The position numbers and the translations under genes are program-made. Below the pieces are notes generated by a model that saw only the letters and a list, made by a program, of their open reading frames with translations, was not told where the DNA came from and ran no database searches. A DNA stretch of 62,886 bases, the filler included. It is 6 parts of 6 records of this genome, joined end to end, with 100 filler letters (N's around TTAATTAATTAA, not from the genome) between each part and the next. Parts side by side here need not be neighbours in the genome. Positions count along the whole stretch, not along the records: positions 1 to 8,942 come from SRR31147125_2474; positions 9,043 to 15,780 come from SRR31147125_2490; 4 more parts are not named here. One strand, given 5' to 3'. Shown here piece by piece: positions 1 to 9,594 of the stretch (the first letter of the stretch is position 1; every line of letters starts with the position of its first letter).

Positions 1-2
1 TT

Positions 3-953
3 TTTAAAACATACATATATAGCGAAAAAGAGAAGCTTGTCGATATCCACATCTCAGGGCATAGACCCGATGCTATTTATTTGAATTATAAAAAAATAAA
101 CGATAAAAATGCCAGTCTTTCACGGGGAAATAATTGTTTGCTTATTCATTATAAAAACATTGAACCTACAGCCATTGGCAAGGGCGGACACCCCATCGAC
201 AACAGAACAAGGTCGGCCGTAGTACTAATGGATGAAGGCAGCATACTAAGCGACAAAAAACCAATTTCCATGCTTTGGTATGGTCAGGATGGGGTAAACA
301 CCTACGATATTTACAAAGAGAACAAAAAAATCGGGTACTATCGTTTTACTGCTCCACCCGGATTGCAAAAAATAGAGAGTACGGCGTTCGGAAATGTAAA
401 AGCCTGGGTAGATGGTAAACAGCTGAGGTTTGAAAAGACCGATGAAACAAGCGAAGGGTCTTGCAATTACACCTTTTTCCTGGAAGCTAATAGCCCAAAT
501 AATGTCGACGTATGCCTTGAGGTAGAACACCAATCTGGGTATTACAAGGGAAGGACATTTCCCGAACCATTAAAACTTACCTGCGGAAAAGGGCACATAG
601 AAACAGGCGATTGGTCGGAATCAGAAGTACTAAAATGCTACTCGGGAGGATTATGGTACAGAAAAAACATAAAATTGAGCAAGAAGGAAATAGCTAAAAA
701 TATCTCGATTGACCTTGGAGAAGTTGCAGCTTCGGCAGAAGTACACATTAATGGTAAAAAGGTGGGCGTTTGCTTGAAAAAACCCTTCCGACTCGACATA
801 AAAGATTATGTAAAAGAAGGTGATAACTATTTCGAGATATTGGTTTACAGCACACTGGCTAACCATTATTATACCATACCAACACCGGCAAATTATAAAA
901 CATCATTTACAGCAGGTTTAGTTGGGCCGGTAACACTTTGTTCCGAGAAGTAG
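3..953 (+). CDS. 5'-truncated glycoside hydrolase; C-terminal GH2/GH106-type galactose-binding-like (sugar-binding) domain
   Basis: Frame is open from base 3. The C-terminus has YSGGLWYRK...IDLGEVAASAEVHINGK...PFRLDI...EGDN.FEILV.STLAN...GLVGPV, the typical tail of GH106/GH2-like enzymes. Confidence 0.6.
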   Translation, partial: FKTYIYSEKEKLVDIHISGHRPDAIYLNYKKINDKNASLSRGNNCLLIHYKNIEPTAIGKGGHPIDNRTRSAVVLMDEGSILSDKKPISMLWYGQDGVNTYDIYKENKKIGYYRFTAPPGLQKIESTAFGNVKAWVDGKQLRFEKTDETSEGSCNYTFFLEANSPNNVDVCLEVEHQSGYYKGRTFPEPLKLTCGKGHIETGDWSESEVLKCYSGGLWYRKNIKLSKKEIAKNISIDLGEVAASAEVHINGKKVGVCLKKPFRLDIKDYVKEGDNYFEILVYSTLANHYYTIPTPANYKTSFTAGLVGPVTLCSEK

Positions 954-1220
954 TAACCTGAATTCGATTGAGATTATTAAAAATTACAATAAATAACTGT
1001 ATTGGTTGCTATATACTCAGTACTGGTAATTTGTTTTATTCTTGCGCAATATTTCAGCAAAAGATTGCCCAATTTGAGAAAGGGTTTTGGGTGAATAATG
1101 GTGACTTTCGTGAGGTGTTAGAATTTGCATAGAAGATAATTTAAACTCCGGGGCTAAACTTATTTGGTAGGAAGGAAAGCGCCGGAGTATTCTTTTCAAC
1201 TCAACTAAACAAGGCCACTT

Positions 1221-1670
1221 ATGAAAGCAAAAGCTATATTTTTTTTATTGACGATTATTCCCTTGCTATTTTTTTCGTGTAAAAACAATGAAAACGAAAA
1301 AGCAGCTTTGATGCAGGCCATCGAAGACTACGAAAATGCCTGGGCAGCCGGCGATTTTTTAACCGTAGAATCGTTTTTTGCCGATAGTGCCAAACGCCTG
1401 CACACCGAACCCTATGTTTGGGACAGAAAAGAGATAAAACGTTATTTTGAAGAAAGGGCTGCACAAGAAAAAGACAGCACAAAAACTTTTGTAAAAAACG
1501 CCTGGAAAAAAGACCGCGAATACCTTGAAATTCGTGTGGAAGGAAATATTGCTTACGATGTTTTTACCACCGAAAAATTTAAAGCTCTGCATATTTGGGA
1601 AAAACAACCCGACGGTTCCTGGAAAATAAAATACGACATGGGAATGTTGAATTATCCTTGTGATAATTAA
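1221..1670 (+). CDS. NTF2/SnoaL-like (DUF4440-type) lipoprotein
   Basis: Lipobox LFFSC; AWAAGD...FFADSA...IWEKQPDGSWKI pattern of the NTF2 fold. Confidence 0.7.
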   Translation: MKAKAIFFLLTIIPLLFFSCKNNENEKAALMQAIEDYENAWAAGDFLTVESFFADSAKRLHTEPYVWDRKEIKRYFEERAAQEKDSTKTFVKNAWKKDREYLEIRVEGNIAYDVFTTEKFKALHIWEKQPDGSWKIKYDMGMLNYPCDN

Positions 1671-1697
1671 GATTTAAAAACTACATAACTAAACCTA

Positions 1698-3572
1698 ATG
1701 AACAAATTATTTCAATTCATCCTGATCGTTTTATTTACAGCATGTATTTCATGCCAAACAAAAACCAAAGACACTCTCCCACCATTATCAAATGTTGCTC
1801 CGCAAACCGTCGACGAACTTTGGGCAGATTTCGATCCGAGGGCAGAACCGCTCGATACAGAAATTCTTTATGAATGGGAAGAAGATGACGTAATTATGAA
1901 AGTTCTTCGATACCGGGTTGGAATTTTTAAAGGACAAAAAGCCAAAATTGCTGCTATTTACGGTTATCCCAAAGGAGCGAAAAACCTTCCGGGATTGTTG
2001 CAAATTCATGGTGGCGGGCAATATGCCGATTATCGTGCTGTGCTTACAAATGCTAAAAGGGGTTATGCAACTTTATCTATTTCGTGGGCAGGGCGCATTA
2101 ACGCTCCCGATTATAAGGTTACTCCCAACGAAGTAAAATTATTTTGGGAAAACGATACTGCTAATGCCAATTACAAATTAACAACCGATTGGGGCGCATT
2201 GGACGCTTACCATGCGCCTTGCCGAAATGCAGATAATAATTTTGCTTATGTTGAGGCTAACACATGGACACTCGATTCCATTGAGTCGCCACGAAATAAT
2301 AGTTGGTTTTTGGCATCTCTTGCAGCTCGGCGAGGTTTAACTTTTTTAGAGCAACAGCCACAAGTTAACCCAAATAAATTAGGCGTTTACGGGCATTCTA
2401 TGGGAGGGAAACTTACTGTTTTAACAGCTATTGATCCAAGGGTGAAAGCTGCAGCCCCTTCATGTGGCGGTATTAGCAATAACGACAATGAAAATGCACT
2501 TTACCAGAAGACAATTGCCGATAATGCCTATTTGAAAAAGATTATTTGTCCAACTATTTTTTTGAGCCCAACAAACGATTTTCACGGGCATTTGCAAGAT
2601 ATTCCAAAAGCCATCGGCTTGATTAAAACCGACGATTGGCGCGTAGCAAGTTCCCCACACCACAGTCATCAGGATCATGGAAATTTTGAAGTTGCCGGCT
2701 TGCTTTGGTTCGACCAGTATTTAAAAGGTGAATTTACTTATCCGGAAACACCAAAAACGAAATTGGTTTTAAAAACGGAAAATGGAACTCCAAAGTTTAC
2801 AGTAAGCCCCTATGCTTCAATAAAAATACTCGAAGTAGAAGTGTATTATACACAACAAGCTGATTTTGTTGACGATGTGCCGGAAAGGGAACATCGAAAA
2901 AGTCGTTTCTGGCAATATGTTAAAGCCGAAAAAAATGGTGATACCTGGATAGCTGAATTACCACTGGCAAGTAATGGGAAAAAGCTTTGGGCTTATGCAA
3001 ATGTGCGTTATAAATTGAATGAACCGGTTACCGGTGCCGGGTATTATTACCGTATTTATACAGTTGATAATTTCAATTTATCTACTTCAATTAATGTTGC
3101 CACACCCAAACAATTAAAAGAAGCTGGTGTAAAAACAACTTTAAAACCATCGCTTTTTATTGAAGATTTTAAAGGCGATTGGCAAAAGGATTGGTACGCC
3201 TATAAACCCGACAAATGGGAACTGGCAACCCACAAAATTTATAATGAACTCTGGAAAGCGCCTGAAGGTGCAATGTTGGAATTTAGTCTACGGTCTGAAG
3301 AACCCAACGTTTTGGTGTTAGCTTCTAATTCTTATGCTGCAGAAATTCAGCTAAAAGGAGGAAATAAATGGCAAACATTTAAAGTATCCGCATCTGATTT
3401 GAAAAATGCTTTTGGCACATCACTAAAAGACTGGTCAGTAGCAAAAGAACTAAAATTTTGTGCCAACGGAAGTTTTAAAGAAAAGGCTGAAGGCGAAACC
3501 CAGAAAATGGAACTGGGTGCAGAATGGAAAGGGGAGAAGCCGGAGTTTAGTAATTTATGTTGGTTAAAATAA
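1698..3572 (+). CDS. alpha/beta-hydrolase (dienelactone hydrolase/acetylesterase-like) lipoprotein with C-terminal carbohydrate-binding-like domain
   Basis: IHGGG oxyanion motif, GHSMGG nucleophile elbow, lipoprotein-type N-terminus; sits among CAZymes. Confidence 0.7.
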   Translation: MNKLFQFILIVLFTACISCQTKTKDTLPPLSNVAPQTVDELWADFDPRAEPLDTEILYEWEEDDVIMKVLRYRVGIFKGQKAKIAAIYGYPKGAKNLPGLLQIHGGGQYADYRAVLTNAKRGYATLSISWAGRINAPDYKVTPNEVKLFWENDTANANYKLTTDWGALDAYHAPCRNADNNFAYVEANTWTLDSIESPRNNSWFLASLAARRGLTFLEQQPQVNPNKLGVYGHSMGGKLTVLTAIDPRVKAAAPSCGGISNNDNENALYQKTIADNAYLKKIICPTIFLSPTNDFHGHLQDIPKAIGLIKTDDWRVASSPHHSHQDHGNFEVAGLLWFDQYLKGEFTYPETPKTKLVLKTENGTPKFTVSPYASIKILEVEVYYTQQADFVDDVPEREHRKSRFWQYVKAEKNGDTWIAELPLASNGKKLWAYANVRYKLNEPVTGAGYYYRIYTVDNFNLSTSINVATPKQLKEAGVKTTLKPSLFIEDFKGDWQKDWYAYKPDKWELATHKIYNELWKAPEGAMLEFSLRSEEPNVLVLASNSYAAEIQLKGGNKWQTFKVSASDLKNAFGTSLKDWSVAKELKFCANGSFKEKAEGETQKMELGAEWKGEKPEFSNLCWLK

Positions 3573-3692
3573 TAATTAATGGAGTTAAACCAAATTGGCC
3601 ACGATTAAATAGCTTTTGTCTTATTGCCGGGACTAAAACCGGCTCAAAAAAATCAATTTGGATTTTTAAGTATCAATCATAAAAACTATAAC

Positions 3693-5177
3693 ATGGTAAA
3701 ATTTTTTTCTCTTTTGTTGTTATCAAATTTAATTTTTTCTCTTTGCGGAACTTCTCAAAATGTAATTGATCCCTATGCCGAAACAGGTGGAACAGATACT
3801 GAAATAGAACAAGTTATAATAAAGATAAATCCTTCACAAATTAATGTGCTTTCAGGAATCAATGCAGTGACGGGGACAAACCTAAAAGAGAATATCGCAA
3901 ATTACATGTATCTGTGGACCAATTCCATTGATAACGATCCGTATTATTTTACATGGAATGTTAAATCCCGAAAACCGGGGACGTACGACGTAACTGCAAT
4001 TTTTGCAGGGGAAGATGCAAAATTAGATCTCTCTTGTAATGGTAAAACAATTCAAAAGGAAGGAACTCATACCGACTGGTCCAGAATTTCATTGGGAACC
4101 ATTAAATTAAATAAGGGCTTCAACGAAATAGAGCTAAAAGTACAAGCTAAAAAGGATATAAAATTAGCAGGTATTGAGTTGACTCGTCCGGATGTAAAAG
4201 GCAAGATGGTAGAGGAGGCGTTAACGATGCGGCAAAGTGCCGACTGGTTTAAAGATGCCGGTTATGGTTTAATGTTTCAATGGACAAACAGGGCTACATC
4301 AAAACAAGGTAATGCAATAAAAAATTGGGAGGATAAAATAAACGATTTTGATGTAGAAGGGTTTGTTGATTTGGTTGAGAAATCGGGTGCCAATTATGTA
4401 ATTTGGTCAATAACCTGGGGACAACAATATATTTCGGCACCAATTAAATCGCTTGATAAATTAATTGAAGGACGCACAACCAAACGCGACCTTTTAGGAG
4501 AAATGGCTAACCGTTTAGCTGAGAAAGACATTAAATTGATTTTTTACTACCATTACGGTTACGATTGTTATCATTCAAAAGACTCTGCCTGGATGGAAGT
4601 TGCCGGAGGATACTACGAGGATAAGACGAAATTGTATAAGAATATTTCAAATATTGTGAGCGAGGTTGGAAAGAGGTATGGAAATAAATTGCATGGTTGG
4701 TTTTTCGACGGAGGCCGACGCTACTACGATAGTCACTTTGATGGTACCTCCTCCGATGGAATTTTGAGTGCCTCATTTATAGATATAACTCAAGCAGCAC
4801 GAACCGGAAATTCCAAACGAATAATAGCATATAATTCCCGGATATTACCGCGTTCAACAGAGTTTCAGGATTTTTACGCAGGAGAAGGGCTTCGACAGTT
4901 CACTGACCTTGATGAGGGCGTTTTCCCCAAAGGTAAATATGAAGGATTGATGGCGCATAGTTGTTTTACACTTGAAGAAAGATGGGGGCATATTGAATGG
5001 AATAAGGAGATTACTAAACCTAAATATTCGGTTGAGCAATTAGTGGAACGTATCCGTTCCGCACAAAAAAACAGGTATCCACTATCTATTAATTTGGAAA
5101 TGTATGAAGACGGGACTGTTTCTCATGAATCGGAGGAATTACTAGAAAAAGTTAGAATAGAAATTAGAGGGAAGTAA
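3693..5177 (+). CDS. GH29-like alpha-L-fucosidase with N-terminal beta-sandwich domain
   Basis: WFKDAGYGLMFQW, RDLLGEMA, LIFYYH, GWFFDG (nucleophile Asp motif). ATG 3693 gives a signal peptide. Confidence 0.6.
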   Translation: MVKFFSLLLLSNLIFSLCGTSQNVIDPYAETGGTDTEIEQVIIKINPSQINVLSGINAVTGTNLKENIANYMYLWTNSIDNDPYYFTWNVKSRKPGTYDVTAIFAGEDAKLDLSCNGKTIQKEGTHTDWSRISLGTIKLNKGFNEIELKVQAKKDIKLAGIELTRPDVKGKMVEEALTMRQSADWFKDAGYGLMFQWTNRATSKQGNAIKNWEDKINDFDVEGFVDLVEKSGANYVIWSITWGQQYISAPIKSLDKLIEGRTTKRDLLGEMANRLAEKDIKLIFYYHYGYDCYHSKDSAWMEVAGGYYEDKTKLYKNISNIVSEVGKRYGNKLHGWFFDGGRRYYDSHFDGTSSDGILSASFIDITQAARTGNSKRIIAYNSRILPRSTEFQDFYAGEGLRQFTDLDEGVFPKGKYEGLMAHSCFTLEERWGHIEWNKEITKPKYSVEQLVERIRSAQKNRYPLSINLEMYEDGTVSHESEELLEKVRIEIRGK

Positions 5178-5244
5178 CGATTGTTGAAAAATCCCTTTGT
5201 AAAAACGCCAACGCTCGATAAACTTTACGTAATAAACTAAAATA

Positions 5245-7427
5245 ATGAAGAATTTAACTTTAATAATCATTCTACTTTTTTTTGCAGCTATTACAAATGC
5301 ACAATCAATTAAAATTAACGGAGACACTCCTGGATAATTAGTGAGGCAGATTACGAAAATATACCCATCCAGAAAGCAATTCGTGATGCTGAGCGCGATT
5401 GGTATAAAGTTTTTGGTTATCCTCCAGTGATATTTAAGAACGAACCTTCCAATAGCTGGGATGGTCCTGTAATTATTTTTGGTTCTGAAGAAAATACCAA
5501 AGATCTAATTTCGGTAGATGTACCCAAGGGCACAGAACAATTTCATCTTACTTTAGGGAGAGTAAAAAGTGGAAATTCTGCGCTTGTTGCCACCGGTTCT
5601 GACACAAGAGGTACTATTTTCGCTATTTATACTTTTTGCGAAGAAGTATTGGGAATAGATCCCATGTATATTTTTACCGATAACATTCCCAAAAAACAAT
5701 CAGAAATTGAACTGGCTGCTGACTTTAATATTATATCCGAAACGCCAACTTTTGAATACCGTGGCTGGTTTATCAACGATGAAGAATTGCACGACGGAAT
5801 GCACCGTGATCCGCTGGGGGGAAATGTGATTTCAATGGAGTGGATGGATAAAATTCTGGAAACGCTATTGCGTTGCAAGTGTAACATGATTGCGCCTGAG
5901 TCGGCTCCATATTCGGATGCTACAGTTTACGAGCTATGCAAACGTCGCGATGTCGTAATTACCTTTCACCATATCCTTCCCGTTGGTCTGAACATGATGG
6001 ATTGGCCCAAAGGAGTACCGTTTTCTTATATCACGCACAAAGATATTTTGGAAGACGCCTGGCGTAAATCGGCGAAGGTTTTGGCTGACAAAAAGGTGGG
6101 CTGGACGATAGGCTTCCGGGGCGAGTCAGACGGAGCATTCTGGAACAGCGATCCGGCTGCGCCAACCGATGAACAGGGGCGCGCCGATGTAATTTCAGAA
6201 GCAATGCATAAGCAGGTGGAAATCATTCGTGAAGTGGATCCTGATGCAACGATTATTGCGGCACTTTGGAATGAGCTTGGTGAATTTTACAACAAGGGAA
6301 TTCTGAAAGTTCCTGAAGGTGTTTGCAAAATGTTTGCCGATGATGGTCGTGGTTTTATGCGCGATAAAGGCGATGGTTCAGACCTCGACCCGGGCGATGG
6401 ACTTTATTACCACGTAATGATGATGATGTTAACCCAAAATCGTACGACAGAGGCGGTTCCGCCATCACGCATTTACAGCGAACTAAAACGTTATGTCGAC
6501 AAAGGAGCTACAAAATATGCAATCATCAACGTAAGTGGAATTCGTCCGGCTGCCATGTCGGTGGAAGCCATTAGCGATTTTCTATGGGATGCAGAACCTG
6601 CTCTAAGTAAAACTCCCGAAGAAGCCATGGAAGAATATCTGCTGGATTGGTATACCAAAGAATTTTCGCCAGAGCTGGCACAGAAACTAACAGATTTACG
6701 TCTGCATTATTACGACATACCGTACATGCGAGAACATATGCCGGTTCAAGGGCGTTGGAAAGGTGCACGTGCAGAGCACCTCTTGCAATTCTTAACTCAG
6801 GGATTACTTGCGAATATTCAAAGTGCTATGGACAAAGACATTCCGTTGGCAGAGGTTCATGAGCTAAATAAAAGACGGAGGTGGAGTGTGAATTTGGAAG
6901 ATGCAAAAGAGCCTCTTGCTGAAACTGCCGGGTTTTTCCCAGAGCTTTGGAAATCTACCTTGCAAATAGAAGATGAAATTCCTGCTGATCGCAAGGATTA
7001 CTACCAGTTTCATTTTACTTACCAGGTGGCAGTACATAAGTACTCTAGTGAAATACTGGCTTTGGTTTGCAATGCCTATGAAGCCTTTGAAAAAACAACA
7101 GATAAAGCTGCTTTCAGCAAAGAAATGGAAAGGGCATTGGAACTGATGGAAATAATTATTGCTGAAGCTCACAAAGCGGAGTATGGCAATTGGGATACGA
7201 TGTTTATGCATGTTCGTTTAATGGATTTGTTTAAAACACGTTTGATGCTAAAAGCTACAATTGCAAAAATTAATGGCGAACCATTTACCGCAGAAAAACG
7301 AGGCTGGTGGGGCGGCTCATTTTGGGGCTCAGCCCAGGAGTACATGCAACATGGCGATGGAACGTTTCCTTATTTTCATAAACATTCCGGGGCTGGATTG
7401 GATGTGTTGGAAGATAAGAAACAATAA
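5245..7427 (+). CDS. GH115-like glycoside hydrolase (one apparent frameshift near 5328)
   Basis: GSDTRGTIFAIY and FEYRGWFINDE motifs. The signal peptide MKNLTLIIILLFFAAITNA from ATG 5245 joins the 5427-7427 frame if one C is restored at actcctgg. Confidence 0.6.
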
Positions 7428-7435
7428 ATACTTAA

Positions 7436-8899
7436 ATGATGAAAAACCTGACTTTTACCCTAATGCTGCTCGTTTTTGCAATAACAGCCTCCAGTCAGCA
7501 AAAAACCGACATTTATAATATTAAAAATTTTGGAGCAATTGGCGACAGCATAACCATGGAAACCAAAGCCATTCAAGCGGCAATTGATGCCTGCCACGAA
7601 AATGGCGACGGCACCGTTCGGGTGCCTGCCGGTAAATTTCAAACCGGAACCATCCGCTTAAAAAGTAATGTTACCCTTTCGCTTGATTATGGTGCGTACT
7701 TGTTGGGAAGCACCAATCTTGCTGATTACGATACTACGGTTAGCCCAACGCGTGAAGGAAACCGAGAGTGCATGATTTTTGCCGAAAATGCTTCTAATAT
7801 TAGCATTGAGGGGCTGGGGGTAATTGATGGAAGGGGCTCGTACCTGAATTTTCCGCGCGACAACAATAAGAAAAACAGAAGACCGCGACCTCGTTTAATG
7901 CGCATGGAAAACTGTACGCAACTTAAGTTTGCAGGTGTTACTTATAAAAATCCTGCATTTTGGGGAATCCATTTGGTCGATTGTAAGCATATTCATTTTG
8001 ATGCTGTTACTGTTCGTTTCAGAAATAATAATTACAACAACGACGGCCTCGACCTGGATGGTTGCGAGAAAGTGCTAATTGAGAATTGTGACATCAATGC
8101 CGGCGACGATGGCATTTGTCTGAAGAGCTCGCTTAATCCGTGTAAAAATATTGTTGTGCGAAATTGCAGGGTAACCAGCAACACAGCTCCGCTAAAATTT
8201 GGAACCTCATCATTTGGTGGCTTCATAAATGTAAAAGTTACCAACTGTTATTTTTACGACTGTCCCATGGGGGCCATCAAACTACAATTGGTTGATGGTG
8301 GAAGATTGGAAAATGTGGACATCTCGCGCATAACAATCGAAAATTCGGGTAGCCCTGTTTTTATCCGTTTGGGAAACCGTGGCAGGGTTTATACCAAAGA
8401 CTATGATGTTGAATTTATTGCCAATGTCGGTGGGAAAGAAGAAGGAGTACCTGTTGGAATCCTTCGAAACATTCGTATTAGCGATGTGGTGGCGGAGGTG
8501 GTGTATCAAAGTCCTGAAGACGAAGCTAAAGCACCCTATAAGAGAGAAGACCTTGCCAAACAAAACATAACACCGGAAAAACTGGTTGAAAAGCAAAAGT
8601 CACGTTCAGGACCAATAATGATTACCGGTATTCCGGGACATTATGTGGAAGATGTTATTTTGGAAAACATTACAATCTCATATCCGGGAGGTGGAACGGC
8701 AGAAGATGCACAACGTGTAGTTCCTGAGGATGAAAAAAAATACCCCGAACAGTATTTTTTTGGGGTGTTACCCGCTTGGGGGGCTTATGTAAGGCACGCC
8801 AAAAACATTCAATTTAAGAATGTAAAAATGATCACACACAATCCCGATGCACGGAAAATGATTGTGCTGGATGATGTGGAAGGATTTGTAAATAAGTAA
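7436..8899 (+). CDS. GH28 polygalacturonase-family glycoside hydrolase
   Basis: FGAIGD...AIQAAID, NNDGLD, GDDGICLKS, KFGT motifs; signal peptide. Confidence 0.85.
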   Translation: MMKNLTFTLMLLVFAITASSQQKTDIYNIKNFGAIGDSITMETKAIQAAIDACHENGDGTVRVPAGKFQTGTIRLKSNVTLSLDYGAYLLGSTNLADYDTTVSPTREGNRECMIFAENASNISIEGLGVIDGRGSYLNFPRDNNKKNRRPRPRLMRMENCTQLKFAGVTYKNPAFWGIHLVDCKHIHFDAVTVRFRNNNYNNDGLDLDGCEKVLIENCDINAGDDGICLKSSLNPCKNIVVRNCRVTSNTAPLKFGTSSFGGFINVKVTNCYFYDCPMGAIKLQLVDGGRLENVDISRITIENSGSPVFIRLGNRGRVYTKDYDVEFIANVGGKEEGVPVGILRNIRISDVVAEVVYQSPEDEAKAPYKREDLAKQNITPEKLVEKQKSRSGPIMITGIPGHYVEDVILENITISYPGGGTAEDAQRVVPEDEKKYPEQYFFGVLPAWGAYVRHAKNIQFKNVKMITHNPDARKMIVLDDVEGFVNK

Positions 8900-8942
8900 T
8901 AATGAAACGAGCATGTAAAATATTCACACCCAAGAGGATGAT

Positions 8943-9042
8943 NNNNNNNNNNNNNNNNNNNNNNNNNNNNNNNNNNNNNNNNNNNNTTAATTAATTAANN
9001 NNNNNNNNNNNNNNNNNNNNNNNNNNNNNNNNNNNNNNNNNN
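8943..9042. other. artificial contig linker (N44-TTAATTAATTAA-N44)
   Basis: All-frame stop linker flanked by Ns; identical linker recurs five times. Confidence 0.98.
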
Positions 9043-9138
9043 TGCGCGATGGCATCATTAACGACTCTGGCAACGTTAATATTGATTGGTTTAGGGTTGA
9101 TAAATAAAGCCGCAACTAAAAGAATTAGTAAGTAAAAA

Positions 9139-9176
9139 ATTGGTTTTCTAAGAATCTTTTAACTTAGAAAACCAAT
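9139..9176. terminator. stem-loop, probable terminator of an upstream truncated gene
   Basis: 14-bp inverted repeat ATTGGTTTTCTAAG/CTTAGAAAACCAAT just after a truncated reading frame containing NIDWFRVD. Confidence 0.55.
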
Positions 9177-9594
9177 CTATTATCCAAACAAACACCTCCA
9201 GTTTCTTTCAATTAATATTTATTTTCACTCATAACACAAATAATAATAAAAATTCACAATGAAAAACCTTGTATTTATTGTTGAATATTTGTTAACTCCA
9301 CCTAATATTTCCATTGAATAACCACCACCAAACACAAACTAAACAGTTATGCAACAACAACTTACAACCCACAAAAAGAAGATGTTAATATACACACATA
9401 TTTAAGTCAATTTAACACGGTTGCATCGTCCTAATGATTGCTATAATTGCAATGTTTCGTATTTGAACTTAATATGAAGTTTTGATGAAAATTTAAGTTC
9501 TTATTCAAAGAAATATTAAAACTTCTTACTAAAACTAACTTGAATATTTCGTGTAGAGAGAATAAAAATTTTGCTGAATTAAAAATTACTAGCT

